A DNA stretch of 64,000 nt from Mobula hypostoma. Its lineage: Eukaryota. The notes under the pieces were generated by a model. That model was not told the DNA's origin. It did not search any database and saw only the letters and a list, made by a program, of their open reading frames with translations. Where the stretch lies: contig NC_086101.1 in the NCBI RefSeq assembly GCF_963921235.1, positions 1,240,001-1,304,000 on the forward strand, written 5' to 3'. The translations under genes and the position numbers were made by a program. This document shows, piece by piece, positions 35,401 through 50,400 of this stretch. How positions within the stretch are numbered: the first letter of the stretch is position 1; every line of letters starts with the position of its first letter.

Positions 35401-38400
35401 GACGGGGAGTCGGAGGAGATACGAGGAGGATGGTGGAGAGACGGGGAGTCAGTGGAGAGATGGGGAGGACGGAGGAGAGACGGGGAGGACGGTGGAGAGA
35501 CGGAAGGACGGTGGAGAGACGGGGAGTCGGAGGAGACACAGGGAGTCGGAGGAGAGACAGGGAGTCGGTGGAGAGACGAGCAGGACGGTGGAGAGACGAA
35601 GAGTCGGAGGAGAGACGAGGAGTCCGAGGAGAGACGGGATTTTGACGGGGAGTCGGAGGAGAGACGGGGAGGACGGAGGAGAGACGGGGAGGATGGAGGA
35701 GAGACGGGGAGTCGAAGGAGAGACGAGGAAGACGGTGGAGAGACGGGGAGTCGGAGGAGATACAGGGAGTCGGAGGAGAGACAGGGAGTCGGTGGGGAGA
35801 CGAGCAGGACGGTGGAGAGACGAAGAGTCGGAGGAGAGACGAGGAGTCAGAGGAGAGACGGGATTTTGACGGGGAGTCGGAGGAGAGACGGGGAGGACGG
35901 AGGAGAGACGGTGAGGATGGTGGAGAGACGGGGAGTCGGACAAGAGACGAGGAGTCAGAGGAGAGACGGAGAGGACGGAGAAGAGACGGGGAGGAAGGAG
36001 GAGAGACAGGAAGGACGGAGGAGAAACGGGGAGGACGGTGCAGAGACGGGGTATCGGGGGACAGACGGGGAGTCGGGGGAGAGACGAGGAGACGGAGGAG
36101 AGACGGCTAGACGGAGGAGAGACGGGGAGGGTGGAGGAGAGACTGGGAGTCGGAGGAGATACGAGGAGGACAGTGGGGAGACAGGAAGTCGGAGGAGAGA
36201 CCAGGAATACGGAGGAGAGACGGGGAGACAGAGGAGAGACGGGGAGTCGGAGGAGAGACGGGGAGACGGAGGAGAGACGGGGAGTCGGAGGAGATACGAG
36301 GAGGATGGTGGAGAGACGGGGAGTCAGTGGAGAGATGGGGAGGACGGAGGAGAGACGGGGAGGACGGTGGAGAGACGGGGAGGACGGTGGAGAGACGGGG
36401 AGTCGGAGGAGAGACGGGGAGTCGGAGGAGTGAGGGGGAGGACGGAGGAGAGACGGAGAGGACGGAGGAGAGACGGGGAGGACGGTGGAGTGACGGGGAG
36501 TCGAAGGAGAGACGAGGAAGACGGTGGAGAGACGGGGAGTCGGAGGAGAGACGGGGAGACGGAGGAGAGACGGGGAGTCGGAGGAGATACGAAGAGGACG
36601 GTGGAGAGACGGGGAGTCAGTGGAGAGATGGGGAGTCGGAGTAGAGACCAGGAAGACGGAGGAGAGACGGGGAGACGGAGGAGAGACGGGGAGTCGGAGG
36701 AGAGACGGGGAGGGCGGAGGAGAGACTGGGAGGACAGTGGAGAGACGGGGAGTCGGAGGAGAGACGGGGAGTCGGAGGAGTGACGGGGAGGACGGAGGAG
36801 AGACGGGGAGGACGGAGGAGAGACGGGGAGGATGGAGGAGAGACGGGGAGTCGAAGGAGAGACGAGGAAGACGGTGGAGAGACGGGGAGTCGGAGGAGAC
36901 ACAGGGAGTCGGAGGAGAGACAGGGAGTCGGTGGAGAGACGAGCAGGACGGTGGAGAGACGAAGAGTCGGAGGAGAGACGAGGAGTCAGAGGAGAGACGG
37001 GATTTTGACGGGGAGTCGAAGGAGAGACGGGGAGGACGGAGGAGAGACGGGGAGGATGGAGGAGAGACGGGGAGTCGAAGGAGAGACGAGGAAGACGGTG
37101 GAGAGACGGGGAGTCGGAGGAGACACAGGGAGTCGGAGGAGAGACAGGGAGTCGGTGGAGAGACGAGCAGGACGGTGGAGAGACGAAGAGTCGGAGGAGA
37201 GACGAGGAGTCAGAGGAGAGACGGGATTTTGACGGGGAGTCGGAGGAGAGACGGGGAGGACGGAGGAGAGACAGGGAGGATGGTGGAGAGACGGGGAGTC
37301 GGACAAGAGACGAGGAGTCAGAGGAGAGACGGAGAGGACGGAGAAGAGACGGGGAGGACAGTGCAGAGACGGGGTATCGGGGGACAGACGGGGAGTCGGG
37401 GGAGAGACGAGGAGACGGAGGAGAGACGGGGAGGATGGTGGAGAGATGAGGAGTCAGAGGAGAGACGGAGAGGACGGAGAAGAGACGGGGAGGAAGGAGG
37501 AGAGACAGGGAGAACGGAGGAGAAACGGGGAGGACGGTGCAGAGACGGGGTGTCGGGGGACAGACGGGGAGTCGGGGGAGAGACGAGGAGACGGAGGAGA
37601 GACGGGGAGACGGAGGAGAGACGGGGAGGGCGAAGGAGAGACTGGGAGTCGGAGGAGATACGAGGAGGACAGTGGGGAGACAGGAAGTCGGAGGAGAGAC
37701 CAGGAAGACGGAGGAGAGACGGGGAGACGGAGGAGAGATGGGGAGTCGGAGGAGAGACGGGGAGACGGAGGAGAGACGGGGAGTCGGAGGAGATACGAGG
37801 AGGATGGTGGAGAGACGGGGAGTCAGTGGAGAGATGGGGAGGACGGAGGAGAGACGGGATTTTGACGGGGAGTCGGAGGATAGACGGGGAGGACGGAGGA
37901 GAGACGGGGAGGATGGTGGAGAGACGGGGAGTCGGACAAGAGACGAGGAGTCAGAGGAGAGACGGAGAGGACGGAGAAGAGACGGGGAGGAAGGAGGAGA
38001 GACAGGGAGGACGGTGGAGAAACGGGGAGGACGGTGCAGAGACGGGGTATCGGGGGACAGACGGGGAGTCGGGAGAGAGACGAGGAGACGGAGGAGAGAC
38101 GGGGAGACGGAGGAGAGACGGGGAGACGGAGGAGAGACGGGGAGGGCGGAGGAGAGACGGGGAGTCGGAGGAGATACGAGGAGGATGGTGGAGAGACGGG
38201 GAGTCAGTGGAGAGATGGGGAGGACGGAGGAGAGACGGGGAGGACGGTGGAGAGACGGGGAGGACGGTGGAGAGACGGGGAGTCGGAGGAGAGACGGGGA
38301 CTCGGAGGAGTGAGGGGGAGGACGGAGGAGAGACGGAGAGGACGGAGGAGAGACAGGGAGGACGGTGGAGAGACGGGGAGTCGAAGGAGAGACGAGGAAG

Positions 38401-41400
38401 ACGGTGGAGAGACGGGGAGTCGGAGGAGAGACAGGGAGGACGGAGGAGAGACGGGGAGGACGGAGGAGAGACGGGGAGGACGGTGGAGAGACGGGGAGTC
38501 GGTGGAGAGATGAGGAGGACGGTGGAGAGACGGGGAGTTAGTGGAGAGATGGGGAGTCGGAGAAGAGACCAGGAAGACGGAGGAGAGACGGGGAGGACGG
38601 TGCAGAGACGGGCTATTTGGGGACAGACGGGGAGTCGGGGGAGAGACGAGGAGACAGAGGAGAGACGGGGAGACGGAGGAGAGACGGGGAGGGCGGAGGA
38701 GAGACTGGGAGTCGGAGGAGATACGAGGAGGACAGTGGGGAGACAGGAAGTCGGAGGAGAGACCAGGAATACAGAGGAGAGACGGGGAGACAGAGGAGAG
38801 ACAGAGGAGAGACGGGGAGTCGGAGGAGATACGAGGAGGATGGTGGAGAGACGGGGAGTCAGTGGAGAGATGGGGAGGACGGAGGAGAGACGGGGAGGAC
38901 GGTGGAGAGACGGAAGGACGGTGGAGAGACGGGGAGTCGGAGGAGACACAGGGAGTCGGAGGAGAGACAGGGAGTCGGTGGAGAGACGAGCAGGACGGTG
39001 GAGAGACGAAGAGTCGGAGGAGAGACGAGGAGTCAGAGGAGAGACGGGATTTTGACGGGGAGTCGGAGGAGAGACGGGGAGGACGGAGGAGAGACGGGGA
39101 GGATGGAGGAGAGACGGGGAGTCGAAGGAGAGACGAGGAAGACGGTGGAGAGACGGGGAGTCGGAGGAGACACAGGGAGTCGGAGGAGAGACAGGGAGTC
39201 GGTGGAGAGACGAGCAGGACGGTGGAGAGACGAAGAGTCGGAGGAGAGACGAGGAGTCAGAGGAGAGACGGGATTTTGACGGGGAGTCGGAGGAGAGACG
39301 GGGAGGACGGAGGAGAGACGGGGAGGATGGTGGAGAGACGGGGAGTCGGACAAGAGACGAGGAGTCAGAGGAGAGACGGAGAGGACGGAGAAGAGACGGG
39401 GAGGAAGGAGGAGAGACAGGAAGGACGGAGGAGAAACGGGGAGGACGGTGCAGAGACGGGGTATCGGGGGACAGACGGGGAGTCGGGGGAGAGACGAGGA
39501 GACGGAGGAGAGACGGCTAAACGGAGGAGAGACGGGGAGGGCGGAGGAGAGACTGGGAGTCGGAGGAGATACGAGGAGGACAGTGGGGAGACAGGAAGTC
39601 GGAGGAGAGACCAGGAATACGGAGGAGAGACGGGGAGACAGAGGAGAGACGGGGAGTCGGAGGAGAGACGGGGAGACGGAGGAGAGACGGGGAGTCGGAG
39701 GAGATACGAGGAGGATGGTGGAGAGACGGGGAGTCAGTGGAGAGATGGGGAGGACGGAGGAGAGACGGGGAGGACGGTGGAGAGACGGGGAGGACGGTGG
39801 AGAGACGGGGAGTCGGAGGAGAGACGGGGAGTCGGAGGAGTGAGGGGGAGGACGGAGGAGAGACGGAGAGGACGGAGGAGAGACGGGGAGGACGGTGGAG
39901 AGACGGGGAGTCGAAGGAGAGACGAGGAAGACGGTGGAGAGACGGGGAGTCGGAGGAGAGACGGGGAGACGGAGGAGAGACGGGGAGTCGGAGGAGATAC
40001 GAGGAGGACGGTGGAGAGACGGGGAGTCAGTGGAGAGATGGGGAGTCGGAGAAGAGACCAGGAAGACGGAGGAGAGACGGGGAGACGGAGGAGAGACGGG
40101 GAGTCGGAGGAGAGACGGGGAGGGCGGAGGAGAGACTGGGAGGAGATACGAGGAGGACAGTGGAGAGACGGGGAGTCGGTGGAGAGACGGGGAGGACGGA
40201 GGAGAGACGGGGAGGACGGTGGAGAGACGGGGAGTCGGAGGAGAGACGGGGAGTCGGAGGAGAGACGGGGAGGACGGAGGAGAGACGGGGAGGACGGAGG
40301 AGAGACGGGGAGGATGGAGGAGAGACGGGGAGTCGAAGGAGAGACGAGGAAGATGGTGGAGAGACGGGGAGTCGGAGGAGACAGAGGGAGTCGGAGGAGA
40401 GACAGGGAGTTGGTGGAGAGACGAGCAGGACGGTGGAGAGATGAAGAGTCGGAGGAGAGACGAGGAGTCAGAGTAGAGACGGGATTTTGACGGGGAGTCG
40501 GAGGAGAGACGGGGAGGACGGAGGAGAGACGGGGAGGATGGAGGAGAGACGGGGCGTCGAAGGAGAGACGAGGAAGACGGTGGAGAGACGGGGAGACGGA
40601 GGAGACACAGGGAGTCGGAGGAGAGACAGGGAGTCGGTGGAGAGACGAGCAGGACGGTGGAGAGACGAAGAGTCGGAGGAGAGACGAGGAGTCAGAGGAG
40701 AGACGGGATTTTGACGGGGAGTCGGAGGAGAGACGGGGAGGACGGAGGAGAGACGGGGAGGATGGAGGAGAGACGGGGAGTCGAAGGAGAGACGAGGAAG
40801 ACGGTGGAGAGACGGGGAGTCGGAGGAGACACAGGGAGTCGGAGGAGAGACAGGGAGTTGGTGGAGAGACGAGCAGGACGGTGGAGAGACGAAGAGTCGG
40901 AGGAGAGACGAGGAGTCAGAGGAGAGACGGGATTTTGACGGGGAGTCGGAGGAGAGACGGGGAGGACGGAGGAGAGACGGGGAGGACGGTGCAGAGACGG
41001 GGTATCGGGGGACAGACGGGGAGTCGGGGGAGAGACGAGGAGACGGAGGAGAGACGGGGAGACGGAGGAGAGACGGGGAGGGCGGAGGAGAGACTGGGAG
41101 TCGGAGGAGATACGAGGAGGACAGTGGGGAGACAGGAAGTCGGAGGAGAGACCAGGAATACGGAGGAGAGACGGGGAGACAGAGGAGAGACGGGGAGTCG
41201 GAGGAGAGACGGGGAGACGGAGGAGAGACGGGGAGTCGGAGGAGATACGAGGAGGATGGTGGAGAGACGGGGAGTCAGTGGAGAGATGGGGAGTCGGAGG
41301 AGAGACCAGGAAGACGGTGGAGAGACGGGGAGACGGTGGAGAGACGGGGAGTCGGAGGAGAGACGGGGAGGACGGAGGAGAGACGGGGAGGACGGTGGAG

Positions 41401-44400
41401 AGACGGGGAGGACGGTGGAGAGACGGGGAGTCGGAGGAGACACAGGGAGTCGGAGGAGAGACAGGGAGTCGGTGGAGAGACGAGCAGGACGGTGGAGAGA
41501 CGAAGAGTCGGAGGAGAGACGAGGAGTCAGAGGAGAGACGGGATTTTGACGGGGAGTCGGAGGAGAGACGGGGAGGACGGAGGAGAGACGGGGAGGATGG
41601 AGGAGAGACGGGGAGTCGAAGGAGAGACGAGGAAGACGGTGGAGAGACGGGGAGTCGGAGGAGACACAGGGAGTCGGAGGAGAGACAGGGAGTTGGTGGA
41701 GAGACGAGCAGGACGGTGGAGAGACGAAGAGTCGGAGGAGAGACGAGGAGTCAGAGGAGAGACGGGATTTTGACGGGGAGTCGGAGGAGAGACGGGGAGG
41801 ACGGAGGAGAGACGGGGAGGATGGTGGAGAGACGGGGAGTCGGACAAGAGACGAGGAGTCAGAGGAGAGACGGAGAGGACGGAGAAGAGACGGGGAGGAA
41901 GGAGGAGAGACAGGAAGGACGGAGGAGAAACGGGGAGGACGGTGCAGAGACGGGGTATCGGGGGACAGACGGGGAGTCGGGGGAGAGACGAGGAGACGGA
42001 GGAGAGACGGGGAGACGGAGGAGAGACGGGGAGGGCGGAGGAGAGACTGGGAGTCGGAGGAGATACGAGGAGGACAGTGGGGAGACAGGAAGTCGGAGGA
42101 GAGACCAGGAAGACGGAGGAGAGACGGGGAGACGGAGGAGAGACGGGGAGTCGGAGGAGAGACGGGGAGACGGAGGAGAGACGGGGAGTCGGAGGAGATA
42201 CGAGGAGGATGGTGGAGAGACGGGGAGTCAGTGGAGAGATGGGGAGGACGGAGGAGAGACGGGGAGGACGGTGGAGAGACGGGGAGTCGGAGGAGAGACG
42301 AGGAGGACGGTGGAGAGACGGGGAGTCAGTGGAGAGATGGGGAGTCGGAGAAGAGACCAGGAAGACGGAGGAGAGACGGGGAGACGGAGGAGAGACGGGG
42401 AGTCGGAGGAGAGACGGGGAGGGCGGAGGAGAGACTGGGAGGAGATACGAGGAGGACAGTGGAGAGACGGGGAGTCGGTGGAGAGACGGGGAGGACGGTG
42501 GAGAGACGGGGAGTCGGAGGAGAGACGGGGAGTCGGAGGAGAGACGGGGAGTCGGAGGAGAGACGGGGAGGTCGGAGGAGAGACGGAGAGGATGGAGGAG
42601 AGACAGGCAGTCGGAGGAGAGACGAGGAGGACAGTGGAGAGACAGGGAGTCGGAAGAGAGACCAGGAAGACGGTGGAGAGACGGGGAGTCGGCGGAGACA
42701 CGGGGAGTCGGAGGAGAGACAGGGAGTCGGTGGAGAGACGAGGAGGACGGTGGAGAGACGAAGAGTCGGAGGAGAGACGGGAAGGACGGAGGAGAGACGG
42801 AGGAGGACGGTGGAGAGACGGGGAGTCGGAGGAGAGACGGGGAGTCGGAGGAGAGACAGGGAGTCGGAGGAGAGACGAGGAGGATGGTGGAGAGGCGAGG
42901 AGTCGGAGGAGAGATGGGGTTTTTGACGGGGAGTCGGAGGAGAGACGGGGAGGACGGAGGAGAGACGGAGGAGGACGGTGGAGAGACGGGGAGTCGGTGG
43001 AGAGACAGGGAGTCGGTGTAGAGACGAGGAAGACGGTGGAGAGACGGGGAGTCGGAGGAGAGACGGGGAGGATGGAGGAGACACGGGGAGGACGGAGGAG
43101 AGACGGGTAGTCGGAGGAGAGATGAGGAGTCGGAGGAGAGACGGGGAGTCGGAGGAGAGACGGGGAGTCGGAGGAGAGACGGGGAGGATGGAGGAGAGAC
43201 AGGCAGTCGGAGGAGAGACGAGGAGGACAGTGGAGAGACAGGGAGTCGGAAGAGAGACCAGGAAGACGGTGGAGAGACGGGGAGTCGGCGGAGACACGAG
43301 GAGTCGGAGGAGAGACGAGGAGTCAGAGGAGAGACGGGATTTTGACGGGGAGTCGGAGCAGAGACGGGGAGGATGGTGGAGAGACGAGGAGTCAGAGGAG
43401 AGACGGAGAGGACGGAGAAGAGACGGGGAGGAAGGAGGAGAGACAGGGAGAACGGAGGAGAAACGGGGAGGACGGTGCAGAGACGGGGTGTCGGGGGACA
43501 GACGGGGTGTCGGGGGAGAGACGGGGAGGGCGAAGGAGAGACTGGGAGTCGGAGGAGATACGAGGAGGACAGTGGGGAGACAGGAAGTCGGAGGAGAGAC
43601 CAGGAAGACGGAGGAGAGACGGGGAGTCGGAGGAGAGACGGGGAGACGGAGAAGAGACGGGGAGTCGGAGGAGATACGAGGAGGACGGTGGAGAGACGGG
43701 GAGTCAGTGGAGAGATGGGGAGTCGGAGAAGAGACCAGGAAGACGGAGGAGAGACGGGGAGACGGAGGAGAGACGGGGAGTCGGAGGAGAGACGGGGAGG
43801 GCGGAGGAGAGACGGGGAGGAGATACGAGGAGGACAGTGGAGAGACGGGGAGGACGGTGGAGAGACGGGGAGGACGGTGGAGAGACGGGGAGTCGGAGGA
43901 GAGACGGGGAGACGGAGGAGAGACGGGGAGTCGGAGGAGAGACGGGGAGTCGGAGGAGAGACGGAGAGGATGGAGGAGAGACAGGCAGTCGGAGGAGAGA
44001 CGAGGAGGACAGTGGAGAGACAGGGAGTCGGAGGAGAGACCAGGAAGACGGTGGAGAGACGGGGAGTCGGAGGAGAGACGGGGAGTCGGAGGAGAGACAG
44101 GGAGTCGGAGGAGAGACGAGGAGGATGGTGGAGAGGCGAGGAGTCGGAGGAGAGATGGGGTTTTTGACGGGGAGTCGGAGGATAGACGGGTAGGACGGAG
44201 GAGAGACGGAGGAGGACGGTGGAGATACGGGGAGTCGGTGGAGAGACAGGGAGTCGGAGAAGAGACGAGGAAGACGGTGGAGAGACGGGGAGTCGGAGGA
44301 GAGACGGGGAGGATGGAGGAGACCCGGGGAGGACGGAGGAGAGACGGGGAGTCGGAGGAGAGACGAGGAGTCGGAGGAGAGACGGGGAGTCGGAGGAGAG

Positions 44401-47400
44401 ACGGGGAGTCGGAGGAGAGACGGGGAGGATGGAGGAGAGACAGGCAGTCGGAGGAGAGACGAGGAGGACAGTGGAGAGACAGGGAGTCGGAAGAGAGACC
44501 AGGAAGACGGTGGAGAGACGGGGAGTCGGCGGAGACACGAGGAGTCGGAGGAGAGACGAGGAGTCAGAGGAGAGACGGGATATTGACGGGGAGTCGGAGC
44601 AGAGACGGGGAGGATGGTGGAGAGACGAGGAGTCAGAGGAGAGACGGGGAGGACGGAGAAGAGACGGGGAGGAAGGAGGAGAGACAGGGAGAACGGAGGA
44701 GAAACGGGGAGGACGGTGCAGAGACGGGGTGTCGGGGGACAGACGGGGAGTCGGGGGAGAGACGGGGAGGGCGAAGGAGAGACTGGGAGTCGGAGGAGAT
44801 ACGAGGAGGACAGTGGGGAGACAGGAAGTCGGAGGAGAGACCAGGAAGACGGAGGAGAGACGGGGAGTCGGAGGAGAGACGGGGAGACGGAGGAGAGACG
44901 GGGAGTCGGAGGAGATACGAGGAGGACGGTGGAGAGACGGGGAGTCAGTGGAGAGATGGGGAGTCGGAGAAGAGACCAGGAAGACGGAGGAGAGACGGGG
45001 AGACGGAGGAGAGACGGGGAGTCGGAGGAGAGACGGGGAGGGCGGAGGAGAGACTGGGAGGAGATACGAGGAGGACAGTGGAGAGACGGGGAGGACGGTG
45101 GAGAGACGGGGAGGACGGTGGAGAGACGGGGAGTCGGAGGAGAGACGGGGAGTTGGAGGAAAGACGGGGAGTCGGAGGAGAGACGGAGAGGATGGAGGAG
45201 AGACAGGCAGTCGGAGGAGAGACGAGGAGGACAGTGGAGAGACAGGGAGTCGGAAGAGAGACCAGGAAGACGGTGGAGAGACGGGGAGTCGGCGGAGACA
45301 CGGGGAGTCGGAGGAGAGACAGGGAGTCGGTGGAGAGACGAGGAGGACGGTGGAGAGACGGGGAGTCGGAGGAGAGACGGGGAGGACGGAGGAGAGACGG
45401 GGAGGACGGTGGAGAGACGGGGAGTCGGAGGAGAGACGGGGAGTCGGAGGAGAGACAGGGAGTCGGAGGAGAGACGAGGAGGACGGTGGAGAGACGAGGA
45501 GGACGGTGGAGAGACGAAGAGTCGGAGGAGAGACGAGGAGTCAGAGGAGAGACGGGATTTTGACGGGGAGTCGGAGGAGAGACGGGGAGGACGGAGGAGA
45601 GACGGGGAGGATGGAGGAGAGACGGGGAGTCGAAGGAGAGACGAGGAAGACGGTGGAGAGACGGGGAGTCGGAGGAGATACAGGGAGTCGGAGGAGAGAC
45701 AGGGAGTCGGTGGAGAGACGAGCAGGACGGTGGAGAGACGAAGAGTCGGAGGAGAGACGAGGAGTCAGAGGAGAGACGGGATTTTGACGGGGAGTCGGAG
45801 GAGAGACGGGGAGGACGGAGGAGAGACGGTGAGGATGGTGGAGAGACGGGGAGTCGGACAAGAGACGAGGAGTCAGAGGAGAGACGGAGAGGACGGAGAA
45901 GAGACGGGGAGGAAGGAGGAGAGACAGGGAGGACGGAGGAGAAACGGGGAGGACGGTGCAGAGACGGGGTATCGGGGGACAGACGGGGAGTCGGGGGAGA
46001 GACGAGGAGACGGAGGAGAGACGGGGAGACGGAGGAGAGACGGGGAGGGCGGAGGAGAGACTGGGAGTCGGAGGAGATACGAGGAGGACAGTGGGGAGAC
46101 AGGAAGTCGGAGGAGAGACCAGGAATACGGAGGAGAGACGGGGAGACAGAGGAGAGACGGGGAGTCGGAGGAGAGACGGGGAGACGGAGGAGAGACGGGG
46201 AGTCGGAGGAGATACGAGGAGGATGGTGGAGAGACGGGGAGTCAGTGGAGAGATGGGGAGGACGGAGGAGAGACGGGGAGGACGGTGGAGAGACGGGGAG
46301 GACGGTGGAGAGACGGGGAGTCGGAGGAGAGACGGGGAGTCGGAGGAGTGAGGGGGAGGACGGAGGAGAGACGGAGAGGACGGAGGAGAGACGGGGAGGA
46401 CGGTGGAGAGACGGGGTGTCGAAGGAGAGACGAGGAAGACGGTGGAGAGACGGGGAGTCGGAGGAGAGACGGGGAGACGGAGGAGAGACGGGGAGTCGGA
46501 GGAGATACGAGGAGGACGGTGGAGAGACGGGGAGTCAGTGGAGAGATGGGGAGTCGGAGAAGAGACCAGGAAGACGGAGGAGAGACGGGGAGACGGAGGA
46601 GAGACGGGGAGTCGGAGGAGAGACGGGGAGGGCGGAGGAGAGACTGGGAGGAGATACCAGGAGGACAGTGGAGAGACGGGGAGGACGGAGGAGAGACGGG
46701 GAGGACGGTGGAGAGATGGGGAGGACAGTGGAGAGACGGGGAGTCGGAGGAGAGACGGGGAGTCGGAGGAGTGACGGGGAGGACGGAGGAGAGACGGGGA
46801 GGACCGAGGAGAGACGGGGAGGATGGAGGAGAGACGGGGAGTCGAAGGAGAGACGAGGAAGATGGTGGAGAGACGGGGAGTCGGAGGAGACAGAGGGAGT
46901 CGGAGGAGAGACAGGGAGTTGGTGGAGAGACGAGCAGGACGGTGGAGAGATGAAGAGTCGGAGGAGAGACGAGGAGTCAGAGTAGAGACGGGATTTTGAC
47001 GGGGAGTCGGAGGAGAGACGGGGAGGACGGAGGAGAGACGGGGAGGATGGAGGAGAGACGGGGCGTCGAAGGAGAGACGAGGAAGACGGTGGAGAGACGG
47101 GGAGACGGAGGAGACACAGGGAGTCGGAGGAGAGACAGGGAGTCGGTGGAGAGACGAGCAGGACGGTGGAGAGACGAAGAGTCGGAGGAGAGACGAGGAG
47201 TCAGAGGAGAGACGGGATTTTGACGGGGAGTCGGAGGAGAGACGGGGAGGACGGAGGAGAGACGGGGAGGATGGTGGAGAGACGGGGAGTCGGACAAGAG
47301 ACGAGGAGTCAGAGGAGAGACGGAGTGGACGGAGAAGAGACGGGGAGGACGGTGCAGAGACGGGGTATCGGGGGACAGACGGGGAGTCGGGGGAGAGACG

Positions 47401-50400
47401 AGGAGACGGAGGAGAGACGGGGAGACGGAGGAGAGACGGGGAGGGCGGAGGAGAGACTGGGAGTCGGAGGAGATACGAGGAGGACAGTGGGGAGACAGGA
47501 ATTCGGAGGAGAGACCAGGAATACGGAGGAGAGACGGGGAGACAGAGGAGAAACGGGGAGTCGGAGGAGAGACGGGGAGACGGAGGAGAGACGGGGAGTC
47601 GGAGGAGATACGAGGAGGATGGTGGAGAGACGGGGAGTCAGTGGAGAGATGGGGAGGACGGAGGAGAGACGGGGAGGATGGAGGAGAGACGGGGAGGATG
47701 GAGGAGAGACGGGGAGGATGGAGGAGAGACGGGGAGTCGAAGGAGAGACGAGGAAGACGGTGGAGAGACGGGGAGTCGGAGGAGACACAGGGAGTCGGAG
47801 GAGAGACAGGGAGTTGGTGGAGAGACGAGCAGGACGGTGGAGAGACGAAGAGTCGGAGGAGAGACGAGGAGTCAGAGGAGAGACGGGATTTTGACGGGGA
47901 GTCGGAGGATAGACGGGGAGGACGGAGGAGAGACGGGGAGGATGGTGGAGAGACGGGGAGTCGGACAAGAGACGAGGAGTCAGAGGAGAGACGGAGAGGA
48001 CGGAGAAGAGACGGGGAGGAAGGAGGAGAGACAGGGAGGACGGTGGAGAAACGGGGAGGACGGTGCAGAGACGGGGTATCGGGGGACAGACGGGGAGTCG
48101 GGAGAGAGACGAGGAGACGGAGGAGAGACGGGGAGACGGAGGAGAGACGGGGAGGGCGGAGGAGAGACTGGGAGTCGGAGGAGATACGAGGAGGACAGTG
48201 GGGAGACAGGAAGTCGGAGGAGAGACCAGGAATACGGAGGAGAGACGGGGAGACGGAGGAGAGACGGGGAGTCGGAGGAGATACGAGGAGGATGGTGGAG
48301 AGACGGGGAGTCAGTGGAGAGATGGGGAGGACGGAGGAGAGACGGGGAGGACGGTGGAGAGACGGGGAGTCGGAGGAGAGACGGGGAGTCGGAGGAGTGA
48401 GGGGGAGGACGGAGGAGAGACGGAGAGGACGGAGGAGAGACAGGGAGGACGGTGGAGAGACGGGGAGTCGAAGGAGAGACGAGGAAGACGGTGGAGAGAC
48501 GGGGAGTCGGAGGAGAGACGGGGAGGACGGAGGAGAGACGGGGAGGACGGAGGAGAGACGGGGAGGACGGTGGAGAGACGGGGAGTCGGTGGAGAGACGA
48601 GGAGGACGGTGGAGAGACGGGGAGTTAGTGGAGAGATGGGGAGTCGGAGAAGAGACCAGGAAGACGGAGGAGAGACGGGGAGGACGGTGCAGAGACGGGC
48701 TATTTGGGGACAGACGGGGAGTCGAGGGAGAGACGAGGAGACAGAGGAGAGACGGGGAGACGGAGGAGAGACGGGGAGGGCGGAGGAGAGACTGGGAGTC
48801 GGAGGAGATACGAGGAGGACAGTGGGGAGACAGGAAGTCGGAGGAGAGACCAGGAATACGGAGGAGAGACGGGGAGACAGAGGAGAGACGGGGAGTCGGA
48901 GGAGAGACGGGGAGTCGGAGGAGAGACGGGGAGACGGAGGAGAGACGGGGAGTCGGAGGAGATACGAGGAGGATGGTGGAGAGACGGGGAGTCAGTGGAG
49001 AGATGGGGAGGATGGAGGAGAGACGGGGAGGACGGTGGAGAGACGGAAGGACGGTGGAGAGACGGGGAGTCGGAGGAGACACAGGGAGTCGGAGGAGAGA
49101 CAGGGAGTCGGTGGAGAGACGAGCAGGACGGTGGAGAGACGAAGAGTCGGAGGAGAGACGAGGAGTCAGAGGAGAGACAGGATTTTGACGGGGAGTCGGA
49201 GGAGAGACGGGGAGGACAGAGGAGAGACGGGGAGGATGGAGGAGAGACGGGGAGTCGAAGGAGAGACGAGGAAGACGGTGGAGAGACGGGGAGTCGGAGG
49301 AGATACAGGGAGTCGGAGGAGAGACAGGGAGTCGGTGGGGAGACGAGCAGGACGGTGGAGAGACGAAGAGTCGGAGGAGAGACGAGGAGTCAGAGGAGAG
49401 ACAGGATTTTGACGGGGAGTCGGAGGAGAGACGGGGAGGACGGAGGAGAGACGGTGAGGATGGTGGAGAGACGGGGAGTCGGACAAGAGACGAGGAGTCA
49501 GAGGAGAGACGGAGAGGACGGAGAAGAGACGGGGAGGAAGGAGGAGAGACAGGAAGGACGGAGGAGAAACGGGGAGGGCGGTGCAGAGACGGGGTATCGG
49601 GGGACAGACGGGGAGTCGGGGGAGAGACGAGGAGACGGAGGAGAGACGGCTAGACGGAGGAGAGACGGGGAGGGTGGAGGAGAGACTGGGAGTCGGAGGA
49701 GATACGAGGAGGACAGTGGGGAGACAGGAAGTCGGAGGAGAGACCAGGAATACGGAGGAGAGACGGGGAGACAGAGGAGAGACGGGGAGTCGGAGGAGAG
49801 ACGGGGAGACGGAGGAGAGACGGGGAGTCGGAGGAGATACGAGGAGGATGGTGGAGAGATGGGGAGTCAGTGGAGAGATGGGGAGGACGGAGAAGAGACG
49901 GGGAGGACGGTGGAGAGACGGGGAGGACGGTGGAGAGACGGGGAGTCGGAGGAGAGACGGGGAGTCGGAGGAGTGAGGGGGAGGACGGAGGAGAGACGGA
50001 GAGGACGGAGGAGAGACGGGGAGGACGGTGGAGAGACGGGGAGTCGAAGGAGAGACGAGGAAGACGGTGGAGAGACGGGGAGTCGGAGGAGAGACGGGGA
50101 GGACGGAGGAGAGACGGGGAGGACGGAGGAGAGACGGGGAGGACGGTGGAGAGACGGGGAGTCGGTGGAGAGACGAGGAGGACGGTGGAGAGACGGGGAG
50201 TCGGAGGAGAGATGGGGAGTCGGAGGACAGACCAGGAAGACGGAGACGAAGGGCGGAGGAGAGACTGGGAGGAGATACGAGGAGGACAGTGGAGAGACGG
50301 GGAGGACGGTGGAGAGACAGGGAGTCGGAAGAGAGACCAGGAAGACGGTGGAGAGACGGGGAGTCGGCGGAGACACGGGGAGTCGGAGGAGAGACAGGGA

